In this document: positions 10,022 to 22,131 of the stretch, in pieces
Position numbering within the stretch: the stretch's first letter is position 1
How the letters are laid out: each line of letters opens with the position of its first letter
Source of the DNA: Mobula hypostoma
Lineage: Eukaryota
DNA length: 64,000 nt
Assembly: GCF_963921235.1 (NCBI RefSeq)
Contig: NC_086109.1
Span: 18,292,001-18,356,000 of the forward strand
Direction: 5' to 3'
Program-made: the position numbers and the translations under genes
The notes under the pieces: model-generated
Told to the model about the DNA's origin: nothing
Seen by the model: only the letters and a program-made list of their open reading frames with translations
The model's database searches: none

Positions 10022-11411
10022 CTACTAACATGTATTTCGCTCAGTTCCTCCATCTCACTGGACCCTCTGTCCCCTACTATTTCTGGAAGATTATTTATGT
10101 CCTCCTTAGTGAAGACAGAACCAAAGTAATTATTCAATTGGTCTGCCATGTCCTTGCTCCCCATAATCAATTCACCTGTTTCTGTCTGCAGGGGACCTAC
10201 ATTTGTCTTTACCAGTCTTTTCCTTTTTACATATCTATAAAAGCTTTTACAGTCAGTTTTTATGTTCCCTGCCAGTTTTCTCTCATAATCCTTTTTCCCC
10301 TTCCTAATTAAGCCCTTTGTCCTCCTCTGCTGAACTCTGAATTTCTCCCAGTCCTCAGGTGAGCCACTTTCTCTGGCTAATTTGTATGCTTCTTCTTTGG
10401 AATTGATACTATCCCTAATTTCTCTTGTCAGCCACGGGTGCACTACCTTCCTTGATTTATTCTTTTGCCAAACTGGGATGAACAATTGTTGTAGTTCATC
10501 CATGCAACCTTTAAATGCTTGCCATTGCATATCCACCGTCAATCCTTTAAGTGTCATTTGCCAGTCTATCTTAGCTAATTCACGTCTCATACCTTCAAAG
10601 TTACCCCTCTTTAAGTTCAGAACCTTTGTTTCTGAATTAACTATGTCACTCTCCATCTTAATGAAGAATTCCACCATATTATGGTCACTCTTACCCAAGG
10701 GGCCTCTCACGACAAGATTGCTAATTAACCCTTCCTCATTGCTCAAAACCCAGTCCAGAATAGCCTGCTCTCTAGTTGGTTCCTCGACATGTTGGTTCAA
10801 AAAACCATCCCGCATACATTCCAAGAAATCCTCTTCCTCAGCGCCTTTACCAATTTGGTTCACCCAATCTACATGTAGATTGAAGTCACCCATTATAACT
10901 GCTGTTCCTTTATTGCACACATTTCTAATTTCCTGTTTAATACCATCTCTGACCTCACTACTACTGTTAGGTGGCCTGTACACAACTCCCACCAGCGTCT
11001 TCTGCCCCTTAGTGTTACGCAGCTCTACCCATATCGATTCCACATCTTCCCGGCCTATGTCCTTCCTTTCTATTGCTTTAATCTCTTCTTTAACCAGCAA
11101 CGCCACCCCACCTCCCCTTCCCTCATGTCTATCCCTCCTGAATATTGAATATCCCTGAACGTTGAGCTCCCATCCTTGGTCACCCTGGAGCCATGTCTCT
11201 GTGATCCCAACTATATCATAATCATTAATAACAATCTGCACTTTCAATTCATCCACCTTGTTACGAATGCTCCTTGCATTGACACACAAAGCCTTCAGGC
11301 GCTCTTTTACAACTCTCTTAGCCCTTGTACAATTATGTTGAAAAGTGGCCCTTTTTAATGCTTGCCCTGGATTTGTCGGCCTGCCACTTTCACTTTTCTC
11401 CTTAGTACTAT

Positions 11412-11580
11412 GTGACCATGTGAGTTTTCTCTTAGTGCTTTCGTTTCTTTCCACAGTCCAAAGATTTACTGGTTGGTAGGTTAATTGTTCATTGTAAATT
11501 GTTCCGTGATCAGGCTCAGATTAAATCTGGAACAGCTCGAAGTCCTATTCTGTGCTGTATCTCAATAAAAAAGTAAATAA
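11412..11580 (+). mobile_element. V-domain SINE, 3' half
   Basis: gtgaccatgtgagttttctc..gtgct...tttccacagtccaaagat...ggtaggttaattg resumes the SINE sequence where 3568 stops (compare the copies at 38915 and 43180); A-rich tail. Confidence 0.72.
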
Positions 11581-12224
11581 ATGAACACTGCATTTTTATC
11601 CCCCTGTAACAGAGAATTCCAAAGGCTCGCAACACTCTGAGGAAAGATGTTTCTCCTTCCATCAATCATAAATTATTGACACAAACCACACCCTTCGAAG
11701 ACATTGACAGTTCCTACTTCGGGGAGCTAACTTCTCAGCATCTTCCCTATAAAATTTTCCCATGTTTTGAAAAGATTAGTGTTCACTTGGATTCCAGAGA
11801 ATGTGGGTGCCTTGCACTCAAGATCTCCTAATGGAATAACCCTCTTGTCCCAACAATCTATCACGAATTTCAGTTGCACCCCATTTAAAGAAAGTGTCCA
11901 TTCCCAGCACAAGAAGACAAACATGTGCAATGCAGTCCAAGTTTACCAGCCGTGTTATGGCATATTTGGGTGTATTACATGATGCTCTGAAATGTTCAAG
12001 TTCAGTGTGTATGGGCTATGTAGAGATGTGAGGCAAACTTCGATTGTTTTCTCTGGAGCGTCGAAGTATAGATGGGGTGTCCAAAGATGGGAACACACAA
12101 GGGCATTGGCTTAAGGCAAGAAGGAAGCTTAAAGGAGAAGGGTTTTTTTTTATTTACAAGGGGCATAAATTTTAGGTGATTGGCGGAAAGTGTTTAGTGT
12201 GGATGTCAGAGGTAATTTTTTAAA

Positions 12225-12510
12225 AAATTTATTTATTGAGATACAGTGCAGAACAGGCCCTTCTGGACCTTCAAGCTGCACCACCCAGCAAACCCCCCAA
12301 TTTAACCCTATCCTAACCACAGGACAATTTACAGTGGCTAATTAACCTACCAACTGGTATGTTTTTGGACTGTGGGAGGAAACTGGAACACCAGGAGGAA
12401 ACCCACACAGTGGCGGGGGCGGGGGAGGGGGAAATGTGCAAACTCCTTACAGGCAGTGACGGGGAATAAACCCGGGTCGCTGGTACCAGAAAGCATTGTG
12501 CTAACACAGT
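12225..12510 (-). mobile_element. V-domain SINE inserted in an old CR1 3' fragment
   Basis: Reverse complement of the SINE core (tttggactgtgggaggaaactgga..gaaacccac); CR1-like sequence on both sides. Confidence 0.7.
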
Positions 12511-12978
12511 GAACAGTGTGTGGAGTGCTCTGCTGGGAGTGGTGGTAGAGGCAGATACATTAGGGGCATTTAAGAAGTTCTTAGACGCATGGATGGTCGA
12601 ACAATGGAGGGTTATGTAGAAGGGAGGGTTTAGGTTGATTTTAGAGTAGTTTAAAAAGTCTGCACAACATAAGCTGTGGGGTGTTCTATGTTCTATTCGG
12701 AGAATGGTAGATGCCTAGTGTATACAGCCAAGGGAAGTAGATACAACAAGACCTTTCATGAGCATTTTAACAAACACATGAATAGGCAGGTACTAAGGAA
12801 TAGAGACCATGTACAAATAGGTAGGAATAATTGGCATAGTGGTCGATGCAGATATGATGAGACAACAGGTCTATTCCTGTGCTATATATTTCTAAGTTCT
12901 GATTTTAGTTTTTTTTAATTAATCAATTGGCGGGAACTCCTGGCTTTGATGTGAAATGCTCTTCCTTTCTATTGACAG

Positions 12979-13221
12979 GTCCTCCATTTCTGTGTTGGCT
13001 TTGGTGCTTTCCTCAGCCCCATGATCGCAGACCCTTTCCTCTCTGAAACAAACTGTATGCAGAACAACCTCACTGCAAATGGGACCTCGGCTGACCTGGC
13101 GCACATTCGAAATTCCTTGATATCTCACCATCTGATGAATCAGAGCAACGTTGTTCTGGCAACCAGTAGGCATTTCGTCTCAAATGTGTCCTATGCATTT
13201 TGGATCATGGCACTGATCAAT
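12979..13221 (+). CDS. MFSD4A: MFSD4A-like exon 3 equivalent
   Basis: ttgacAG acceptor, GTAAGT donor, 243 nt, phase 0/0. Reads VLHFCVGFGAFLSPMIADPFLSETNC...VSYAFWIMALIN. Confidence 0.95.
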
Positions 13222-13529
13222 GTAAGTGAGATGTGTAGTAAGGCAGTTATAACAATTATATATTAAGTAAGGTATGATTTACGGGTTTAAGAACATTTGA
13301 ACTTGGTGCAATGGCCCATCGAGCTTATTTGCTGGTTGGAGTCTTAAGGTCTCACCTCCCCAAACTTCTCCTCTTTCTCCTCCACCCATACCTGCCTCCA
13401 CAACCATGTGGTGTCATGAATGAGGTTAAAAAAAAAAAAAATCTGATCAATAGGTAGGAATGATGATCTGGAAAATTCCTCCCCATCCTCAGGCCATCCA
13501 AACCTGACCAGGTCATCCCACACAATAAT

Positions 13530-13652
13530 ATACACAAGAGTTTCTGCAGATGCTGGAAATCTAGAGTAACTCACACAAAATGCTAGAGGAACTCAGCAGG
13601 GCAGGCAGTAATTATGGAGGGGAATAAACAATTGATGTTTTTGGGCCGAGAA
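13530..13652 (-). repeat. Penelope-like terminal-repeat fragment
   Basis: tctgcagatgctggaaat...cacaaaatgctagaggaactcagcagg family, recurring at ~23570, 25080, 28850, 38005, 40750, 46080, 47290, 58850 and 61020. Confidence 0.65.
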
Positions 13653-14041
13653 GTGTCTTAATTCCAGGTCATCCCACAGACTCCAAGTCCTTCCTTAACT
13701 CTGCCATCTCTGTACCTGCAATGAACTGATGCATCTTCCTCTTGAAGCCATTGTGACACTCCTCCGGGTGCTCCAGTTTCCCTTCTAATTCTAAAGACCT
13801 CTGGTTAAGGGTGTTGGCCCCTGACGCATGGACACACTTGGGGACTGTCCCCAGCACAATCTTCAGACTGTGTTGGTTGTCCACTCAAACTGACACATTT
13901 CATGTTATGTTTTGATGCACATGTGACAAATAAGGCTGATTAAAGAAAAATTTATCTTAAAATTGATCAGCAAAGTGAAAGCCCTTGCAATAAATGAATA
14001 TTGAATCAACCAAAACTGAAGTCAATATGTGCAGGTATATA

Positions 14042-14420
14042 TAGTACTGTGTAAAATTCTTGGGCACCTATATGTAGCTAGATCATGGAGCGGAGAGCAA
14101 GTTTGTACATCTGGCAAGAGCAAAGGATGTTAGGAATGGAGTGCTGTGGGACAGGTGGCAAAGAGTGCCAGAGATGGAGTGGGTGCAGATACACCCAGCC
14201 CTGAGCCACCAGACAAGGTCATTTGATTCCAAACAATTGGTTTGTTATTAATTAGAGAATGTCTCTCTGGTGCTTCCCATGCCCTCTTTTCTCCTTTCCC
14301 CTTTTCCCAAACATTATTCCCCTCTCCCTGCCCTTTTCCCGTTCTCAGTCCACAGTAAAGACTCATATCAAAATCAAGTTTATCATCGCTCACATTTGTC
14401 ATGAAATTTGCTATTTTTTC
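14042..14420 (+). mobile_element. Composite Tc1-type non-autonomous element, partial copy 1
   Basis: TIR-like tagtactgtgtaaaattcttgggcacc plus the shared internal body (ggtcatttgattccaaacaattggttt). Confidence 0.7.
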
Positions 14421-14434
14421 ATGTTTATATGAGA

Positions 14435-14760
14435 TGAAAAGGTTAATGGGTGCGGAGAATTTGGTTCTGGGTCTGCACTGACTGGCGTTTAGAAGAATGA
14501 TGGAGTATCTCACTGAACCCTGTTGAATATTGAAAGATCTAGATAGAATGGATGTGGAGAGGATGTCTTCTATAGTGGGGGAGTCTAGGACCAGAAGGCA
14601 CTGCATCAGGATAGAAGGATGTCCCTTTAGAACAGAGATGAGGAGAAATTTATTTAGCCAAAGGGCGGTGAATCTGTGGAATCCATTGCCACAAACAGCT
14701 GTGGCGGTCAAGTCATTAGGTATCTTTAAAGAAGAGATTGATAGGCACTCAAAAGCCAAA
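14435..14760 (+). mobile_element. CR1 3' fragment
   Basis: ORF 14530..14763: GESRTRRH..FRTEMRRNLFSQRAVNLWNPLP. Confidence 0.8.
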
Positions 14761-15259
14761 TGATGCAAGAAGATGGAGTTAACAGTTTAGCAGTGGCTTT
14801 AATTTTTGTTTATGCACGCAATGGAGATATTAGTGGTGAGGCCAATGTTCATTTCCCATCCTTCATTAAATGTAAGAGTGTGTAATATTAGAGTAAATGA
14901 CTCTGCCAGGCTCTACATTCAGCTGTAGAGCAGGCTGGGTAAGGACAGTAAAACTCCTTTCAGCATTGGCAAACTGGGCATTCTTTTGTTTAATGCCAAT
15001 CCACCATTGCTAATTTTTGTTCACTAACAGATATATTAAACTACTTGAATTTGTATTCAGCAGTACAGGGGCAACACTGAAATACACGCCTCCAGGCCAC
15101 GATAGCATTTTATTGGCAAATTGGTTCACATGCTTAAGGAGCCAAATGGCCTAGTCCTGGCTAAGTTACTACACACCCCCCAGAGTAATAAATAATGGTG
15201 AAAATTGTCTCAGACTAGCACAGTAAGGAATCTTGGTGGAACTTTATTGGCAATCAAGT

Positions 15260-15730
15260 TAATTCTCTTAAAGTTCCCTGACTTTGGCGCATCATCATCA
15301 CTGAGGCCTGACATGGTCATCCTGTCAGAAATCTCGAAGCATGTGGTCATGGTAGAACTGACAGTGCCTTGGGAAGACCAGATTGAGAAGATGGTCAAGT
15401 GTAAGAAACCCAAATACCAGGAGGTGGCAGAGCAGTGCTAGAGACGGGTGGAGAGCCCTAAAGGGGTGGGGTGTAAACGCTCTGCAGAACCTGCTCTCTC
15501 CTTGGTATAATGGGGGCTGCAATGAGAAGAGCCATCAGTCTGGTTGAGCAGGCCTCTAGGTGGCTGTGGGTAAGAGGTGTGACCCATGGACCACTGCTGT
15601 TGTGAGACAAGTCGGAGCCTGTGCATCCCTGGCTGGGTCGCCCAGGCGAGGGTGTCTGATGTTGAAGGACCCGAACCCTCCAATGATCACAGGTTACATC
15701 ACTGATGATGTGTCCCAGCACATCCTGGGC
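15260..15730 (+). mobile_element. 3' fragment of a non-LTR retrotransposon with restriction-like endonuclease (HERO/NeSL-type)
   Basis: ORF 15205..15441: LRPDMVILSEISKHVVMVELTVPWEDQIE...KKPKYQ, the PD..ELTVPWE..K.KY endonuclease motif; followed by a GC-rich 3' UTR. Confidence 0.75.
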
Positions 15731-16969
15731 TGGATCGCAGCATCTGTAACAAAAATCAAAAGGGAAAAATTGCATTTTTATAACACTTGCATCCTCAAGA
15801 TGCTCCTGAGGATTTCATATTTGAAGTGCACTCACTGTTGGGAGGTAGTTGCTGAACTACACTAGTAGAATAAAGCCAAAAATTATAAATGTCACCTAGC
15901 TAGGTAATGTAGAATTAGACATGCAGGCAACACAGAAACAGGCGATTCTGCTCTCAAAGATGTACCAAATTTGTATCATTGTCCTTAGCACATTTTTCTT
16001 GAAAGTTACTGAAGAATCTGATTCTAGTTTTCTTGAGACAGGATTCTTCTGATCAAGAAGCTCCCCGTGTAAAAATAAATATATAAAATAGAAATAAAAA
16101 AAGAAACACAAAAAAATCTCCACATTTTCCCTCTGGTACTTTGATACTATCTTAAATTTGTGTCCTTTGGTTACTACCCCAACCGCCATTGTTAAGTTTC
16201 TCCCTTGATTCAGGCATGATGTTGTAATTACCCAAAAATATCAGCGAAAGGGATCAAAGCATTCTTTGTATTTGTTTTTTTCAGTATTTTAATACTGAGT
16301 GTAGCTCAACAATGAATGAAAATGCTTGAAGAACTATCCTGGATACTATTGTTCAAAAATGGATTGTGTTGTTACTGCTTCATTTGCCAAGGTACACTGT
16401 AACCTCAACTGAAAGCAGTTAGTTTCTTTCATCATCGGATGTTCACCTGTCCTGCTTGCTGACCAACTTTGGCATTATTTTTATTTCTTTAAGAATTCAG
16501 CATGGTAACAGGCCCTTCTGGCCCAACGTCTGGTTACAAAAACACCTTGATTTCAAAATTCCTGCCTTTGTTTTCATTTCCACCAGAACCTGGCCTCGAC
16601 CTACAGTATCTCCAAAATTTCCAACCCCATAACTCATCAGGTCTAATCATCCCTTATATAATCTCACCTTCACTGACAGCCATTAGCTGCCCTGGTCTGA
16701 GCTATGGGATTCACTCAGTAAATCTCACCACCCACTTTTTTTTTATAAAAAGGTACTCTTTCAAACCTTACCCCTTTTGATCATTTGACCTCAGATCTCA
16801 GACACCTTGGGAAGATGTGCACTGGCAGCTCTCTTCAGAAATAGTAGCATTAGGGAGCTATTTAGCCCTCCTTCGTCATTCACCAAGTTCATGAATCTCC
16901 CCTACCATTTTATTTCTTTAAACATGTTTGCCTCCTTTGTATCTTTCAACATCACCTCTTTTTGGTCAC

Positions 16970-17477
16970 TATATATATATATATATATATATATAATGTG
17001 TATATATATTTCGGAGCCTTAGACTTTTGCACAGTACTACATTTGTAATGTGGAGCAGGGAGTGAGTTTGTAAATCTGGCAGGAGTAAAGGATGCTGGAA
17101 ATCGGGAGGGTGGCACACAATGGAAGGGGTGATAGGGAAGGAGGGCGGGTGCCTGGAGGAGTTGATGTGGGTGCAGACACACCTAGCCCTGAGACACCAG
17201 GCAAAGTCATTTGGTTCCAAACAATTGGTTTATTGACCATTACAGGATGTCTCTCTGGTGCTCCCCTCTCCCTTCCCCTTTTCCCAACCACGATTCCCCC
17301 TTCCCACTCTCAGTGCACAATAGAGACCCATATCAGAATCAGGGTTATCATTACAGTACTCATATGTCATGAAGTTTTTTTTGCAACAGCAGTACAGTAC
17401 AATATATATAAAATTACAACAATGCTGTGCAAAAGTATAGAGTGCTAATATATATATGAGACTTCTGCACAGTGCTG
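16970..17477 (+). mobile_element. Composite Tc1-type element, copy 2, with (TA)n expansion at the left end
   Basis: Inner TIR agacttttgcacagtact (~17020-17038), shared body, right mini-MITE 17420-17477, (TA)n at 16970-16995. Confidence 0.8.
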
Positions 17478-17846
17478 TATATTTGCTTGAAACTTGCATA
17501 CTGGAAAAATTCAGCAAATCCGGCAGCATCTGTGGAAAAGGAAATAGTCAATACTTTAAGCCAATGCATCAGAATTGGCTTGGTGAGAAAATGAGGATGT
17601 TTGAAGTGATGAGGGGGAAAAGACAGAGAGAACAGAGAGGCGGCGTGTGATGGGATGAAAATTGTCCCAGCAGAACAAATGGTATTGTTGTCTAACTGAG
17701 AGTGCTTGTCAACTGGCTGGGGGAGAATAAATCGAGGGAGATGAATGACACCAATAGGGAGAAGGAAGAGCAAGGTTGGAACTGTGAAGTCAGCTGCTGG
17801 AATAAAGAGGGATGCTGGAAATATTCAACAGTACAGAGAGAACAAC

Positions 17847-20800
17847 TGGGAAACAAATACATTCTTCCAGGGGTGAAAACCTAGTGAAAATATTTGACAA
17901 AATTGAGCCGCACTACAGACTGGTTTATATTACTGAAGTATTTCTACTTGAATTGTGAAAAATCATTGTGTTCTAATTGAGTCCACTATATTGGGCATTT
18001 AAATATAGTTTAGTTTATTAAAACAATGTTGCTAACTACTTTGTATTGCCACATCAGCATAAATTATTTGGGTTTGTTGATCTAATCTTGGTTTACTCTT
18101 TAACCTATTCAGATAGTCTCCAAAGTACACATAAACCTATGCAAATCAAGGCCTTATTTAGAATAATCATAGCTCAGATGTATCTGTTGCTTATAGAAAG
18201 ATGAGTACTGATTTGCACAGGTATTATGAAGAAATTGTCTGTAACCGGATCTTTGATTGGGTATCTGCCCAATGGATAACATTAGGAAGTTGCAAGAGTG
18301 TTCACCTTGCAAAACAATGTCTCTTTTAGGACTTTCTTTTAGTAATAACTCTAGTGAAAATTTCGGGTAGATGGAGCTCGTCAGCCTGGGAAGGCAGTCC
18401 ATCTAAGAGAGGGAAACTCTGATTTCAAACCTCCTCTGCCTTGTGGCCATACCCACTGATGGGAAAGGCTTCGGGAGTAAACCCTGAGGACAAATCCGGA
18501 ACTGGAGTCCCTAAGGCAGTCCGATGTTGCCTTCATCCTCATTCAGGCAACTCCTGCGATGACACTGGTGCCAAGCTGTACAGGCCCTTGCCCTTCCCTT
18601 GGACAACATCAGTGTCGTGGAGAGGAGAGACTTGCTGCATGGGCAACTCCCGGTCTTCTATACAACCTTGCCCAGGCCTGCGCCATGGAGAGGACACTTC
18701 AGCGTCGCCTCACCATGACGGCACAACACAGAAAGCAGTAGTTATAAGCCTGCACTTGATTGGTGTAGAGCAAGGCGCCAGGGGTTGCTTTCGACAGAGG
18801 GACAGACCATCGCGTCTCACTGGACAGCTATCACCCTCCTCAAGCTGGGCATCCCCCAGCCAATTAGGGGCTGTCCCGCCACAGTTCACCCCCTCTTCTG
18901 GGTGCGTGGGGCTTAGGGATACAAGTAGCCCGAACTGCAGACTGTAAACGCTGCACTAGGCACAAGAAGACGACAAAGAAAGAAGCCAGCACTCAGACTA
19001 GGATGCAGGAATATATGGACCATCACCACTGGTATATCAGATGAGCTTCGGGAGATCAGTGACATACGCAAGACAGCAGTGATTAACAATGAACTGTCGA
19101 GACTCCAAGTGGACATCGCAATGCTCCAAGAGACACGTCTCACAGAATCGGGAACCCTACGTGAGAGAGACTATACCACCTTCTGGCAGGGGAAGGGCTC
19201 AGATGAGACCAGAGAGCATGGTGTCGGCTTTGCCATGAAGAACTTGCTGCTGAAAATGGTAGAGCCTAGCGAGAAAGGGATGGAGCAGATTTTCTCACTT
19301 CGACTCCACACATCCACGGTCCTGTCAACCTCGTCAGTGTCTACGCCCCAAGCCTCTACTCTACGCAAGATGCAAAGGACGAGTTCCACGACCAGCTCTC
19401 AATGATGATACAGGAGATCCCAAGTCAGGAACAGTTGCTGCTACTTGGCAACTTCAATGCCAGAGTGGGGGCCGACCATGACTCCTGGCCAAGTTGCCTG
19501 GGGCGGTATGGGATTGGCAGCATGAATGACAATGGGCAATGACTGCTCGAGCTTTGCATGCTCCACGAATTGTGTGTCACCAACACCTACTTCCAGACCA
19601 TAGCTCAGCACAAAGTGTCTTGGTGGCATCCCCGCTCCAAACACTGGCACCAGCTAGACCTGGTAATCACAAGATGCCGTCACCTGAGAAATGTGCTCAT
19701 GACTCACTCCTTTCAGAGTGCCAACTGCGATATGGATCACTCTCTGGTTTGCTGCAAGATCAGACTTCAGCCAAAGAAGATACACTACGCCAAGCCTCCA
19801 GGCAAGCAGCACATCGATGCCAGTAAGACACAACACCCAGACAAAGCTGCAGAGTTCATCAAGTCACTGGACGATGCTCTCCTTGCAGACCCACCAGAAG
19901 GAGATGCTCAACAGAGATGGGACTCTTTCAGGGACACTCTCTCAAGGCCTTCGGGAAGAAACGGGGCAAGACAAAGGACTGGTTTGTAGGGAGCTCAAGT
20001 AAGCTCACCGCTGTCATCAAGGTAAAGCGCGTTGCACTACTAGAGCACAAACACCACCCCACCCAGGCAACACTGCAAGCGCTAAGGACAGCAAGAAGAA
20101 ACAGCCAGACACTGTGCAAATGACTACTGGCTACAACTATGCGAAAGCATTTAGTCATCATTTGACACAGGCCAACCCAGCCCCATTAAAAACCGTAACA
20201 GGCGATACCATCTATGACAAAGGCAAGTAGATGGAGAGATGGGTGGAGCACTACGCTGAACTCTTCTCCAGAGAAAACAGCATCTCGGACAGTGTGCTTG
20301 ACGCTGTGGAATGCCTGCCTGTCACGGAGGAACTGGATGCATTGCCGACTGCCAAAGAGCTGAGTAAAGGCATCGACAGCCCGCCCACTGGGAAGGCACC
20401 AGGATTGGATGGCATTCCACCAGAGGTCATCAAATGCACAAAGGGCGTCCTGCTAAACCACCTGCACGAACTACTGTGCCAGTGCTGGATAGAGGGAGCA
20501 GTGCCGCAAGACATAAGAGACTACAACATTGTCACCATATATAAGAACAAAGGGGACAGAAGTGACGGTAACAACTTCAGGGGAATCTCCTTCTTGAGCA
20601 TCGTAGGGAAGGTCTTCACCTGGGTGGTCCCGAACAGACTGCAGAAAATAGCTGAAAGGGTATATCTCAAGTCTCAGTGCGGTTTCAGGTCAGAATGCTC
20701 TACAATCGACATGATCTTCTCCCTTCGACAGCTACAAGGGAAATGCAGAGAGCAAAGACAACAATTCTACGTCACTTTCATTGACCTTACGAAGGCCTTT

Positions 20801-22131
20801 GAACTTGTGAGCAGAGCCGGGCTGTTGAGAATCCTCGCCAGGATTGGTTGTCCCCCGACGCTCCTCAGGATAGTTCAGTTATTCCACACAGACATGAAGG
20901 GTGTCGTTCAGTTTGACGGCTCTTCTTCAGAGGCTTTCAGCATCTGCAGTGGTGCGAAGCAGGGCTGTGTGCTTGCCTGCACCCTGTTTGGTATCTTCTT
21001 CGCAGTCATGCTGAAGCATGCCTTTGGGACATCAACTGATGGTGTCTACCTCCACACCAGATCAGACGGGAGGCTGTTCAGTCTGTCCCGACTGAGGGCG
21101 AAAACCAAGGTTCATGAAGTACTCATCAGGGGCATGTTGTTTACAGACGATGGCACTGGCAACACACTCTGAAGAGCAACTGCAGCGCCTCATGGACAGC
21201 TTCTCGAGAGCCTGCCAGGACTTCAGCTTGACCATCAGCCTGAAGAAGACCAACATTTTGGCCCAAGGCATTGAGCACCCCCCTGCCATTACCATCAACA
21301 ACTACGAGCTGGAGGTAGTTCACGAGTTTACATACCTTGACTCCACCATCACGGACAGTCTCTCCCTAGACCCTGAGATCAACAGACGGATCGGACGAGC
21401 GGCCTCAATAATCACCAGGCTGACAAAGAGTCTGGGAGAACAGAAAGCTGATGACGTACACCAAGGTTGCAGTCTACAGGGTCTGCGTCCTCAGCACACT
21501 GCTTTACGGCAGCGAGACCTGGAGCCTCTACTACAGACAAGAGTGGTGTCTCAACGCCTTCCACCTTCACAGCCTGATGTGCATCCTGGACATCAAGTGG
21601 GTTGACCAAATCACCAACAATGAAGTCCTGGCCCGCGGCCAGATACCCAGCCTCTTCACCCTGCTCCAACAACACCATCTCCGCTGGCTGGGCCACGTAC
21701 ACCGCATGCCAGACGGAAGGATCCCGAAAGACCTGCTGTACGGGGAACTGGCCTCTGGCAAGAGAGCACAAGGGCAGCCCCATCTTCGTTTCAAAGATGT
21801 CTGCAAGAGAGACGTGAAGTCACTGAACATGAACGTCGAGAGGTGGGAGGACATTGCAAGCGATCGCTCTCACTGGAGGCTGGAACTACGCAGAGATCTA
21901 AAAAGAGGAGAAGAGAAGCTGAGGCTTGCTGCTGAAGAAAAGCGCACTCGTTGGAAAAACAGCACCAAGACAACACTGGAGGACAGTGTCTTCAAGTGCA
22001 GTTGCTGCAGCCGAGACTGTCACTCCCATGTGGGCCTCTACAGCCACAACAGATGCTGCTCTACCAACACAGACTGAAGCAAGACTTTCCAGGCGCAGAT
22101 CCATGGTCTCGCAAAACTAACAGATGCCACC
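17847..22131 (+). mobile_element. Near full-length RTE (BovB-like clade) LINE, frameshifted
   Basis: APE motifs (DIAMLQETR, HGVGFA), RT motifs (QCGFR, FIDLTKAF, KQGCVLA, FTDD), LRWLGHVHRM..RIPK, C-terminal CxxC..HxxxC. 15-bp direct repeat TACAGAGAGAACAAC at 17832-17846 and 22132-22146. Confidence 0.92.

Larger units (their letters stand above)
3568..11410 (-). mobile_element. CR1-clade LINE, near-complete ORF2 (APE endonuclease + RT), frameshifted and interrupted by an LTR element
   Basis: (ACATAGAA)2 tail at 3568-3583. ORF pieces: 9919..11454 (NARSIRNK, ITETWL, GDFN, SDH endonuclease motifs), 4961..5158 (KSPGPDG), 4711..4941 (SQHGF), 3925..4635 (GVPQGSVLGP, FADD), 3660..3911 (TRGH, FFTQRVVNLWNSLP). 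Confidence 0.95.

Noticed and set aside
10382..11158. 258-aa + strand ORF (also 3869-4330, 36532-37236, 55293-55868)
   Set aside because: Antisense shadows of CR1 ORF2.
14130..14768. 212-aa ORF and the recurrent NKPIVWNQMT peptide in several ORFs
   Set aside because: Translations of the non-coding composite-element body and antisense CR1; frames and stops differ among copies.
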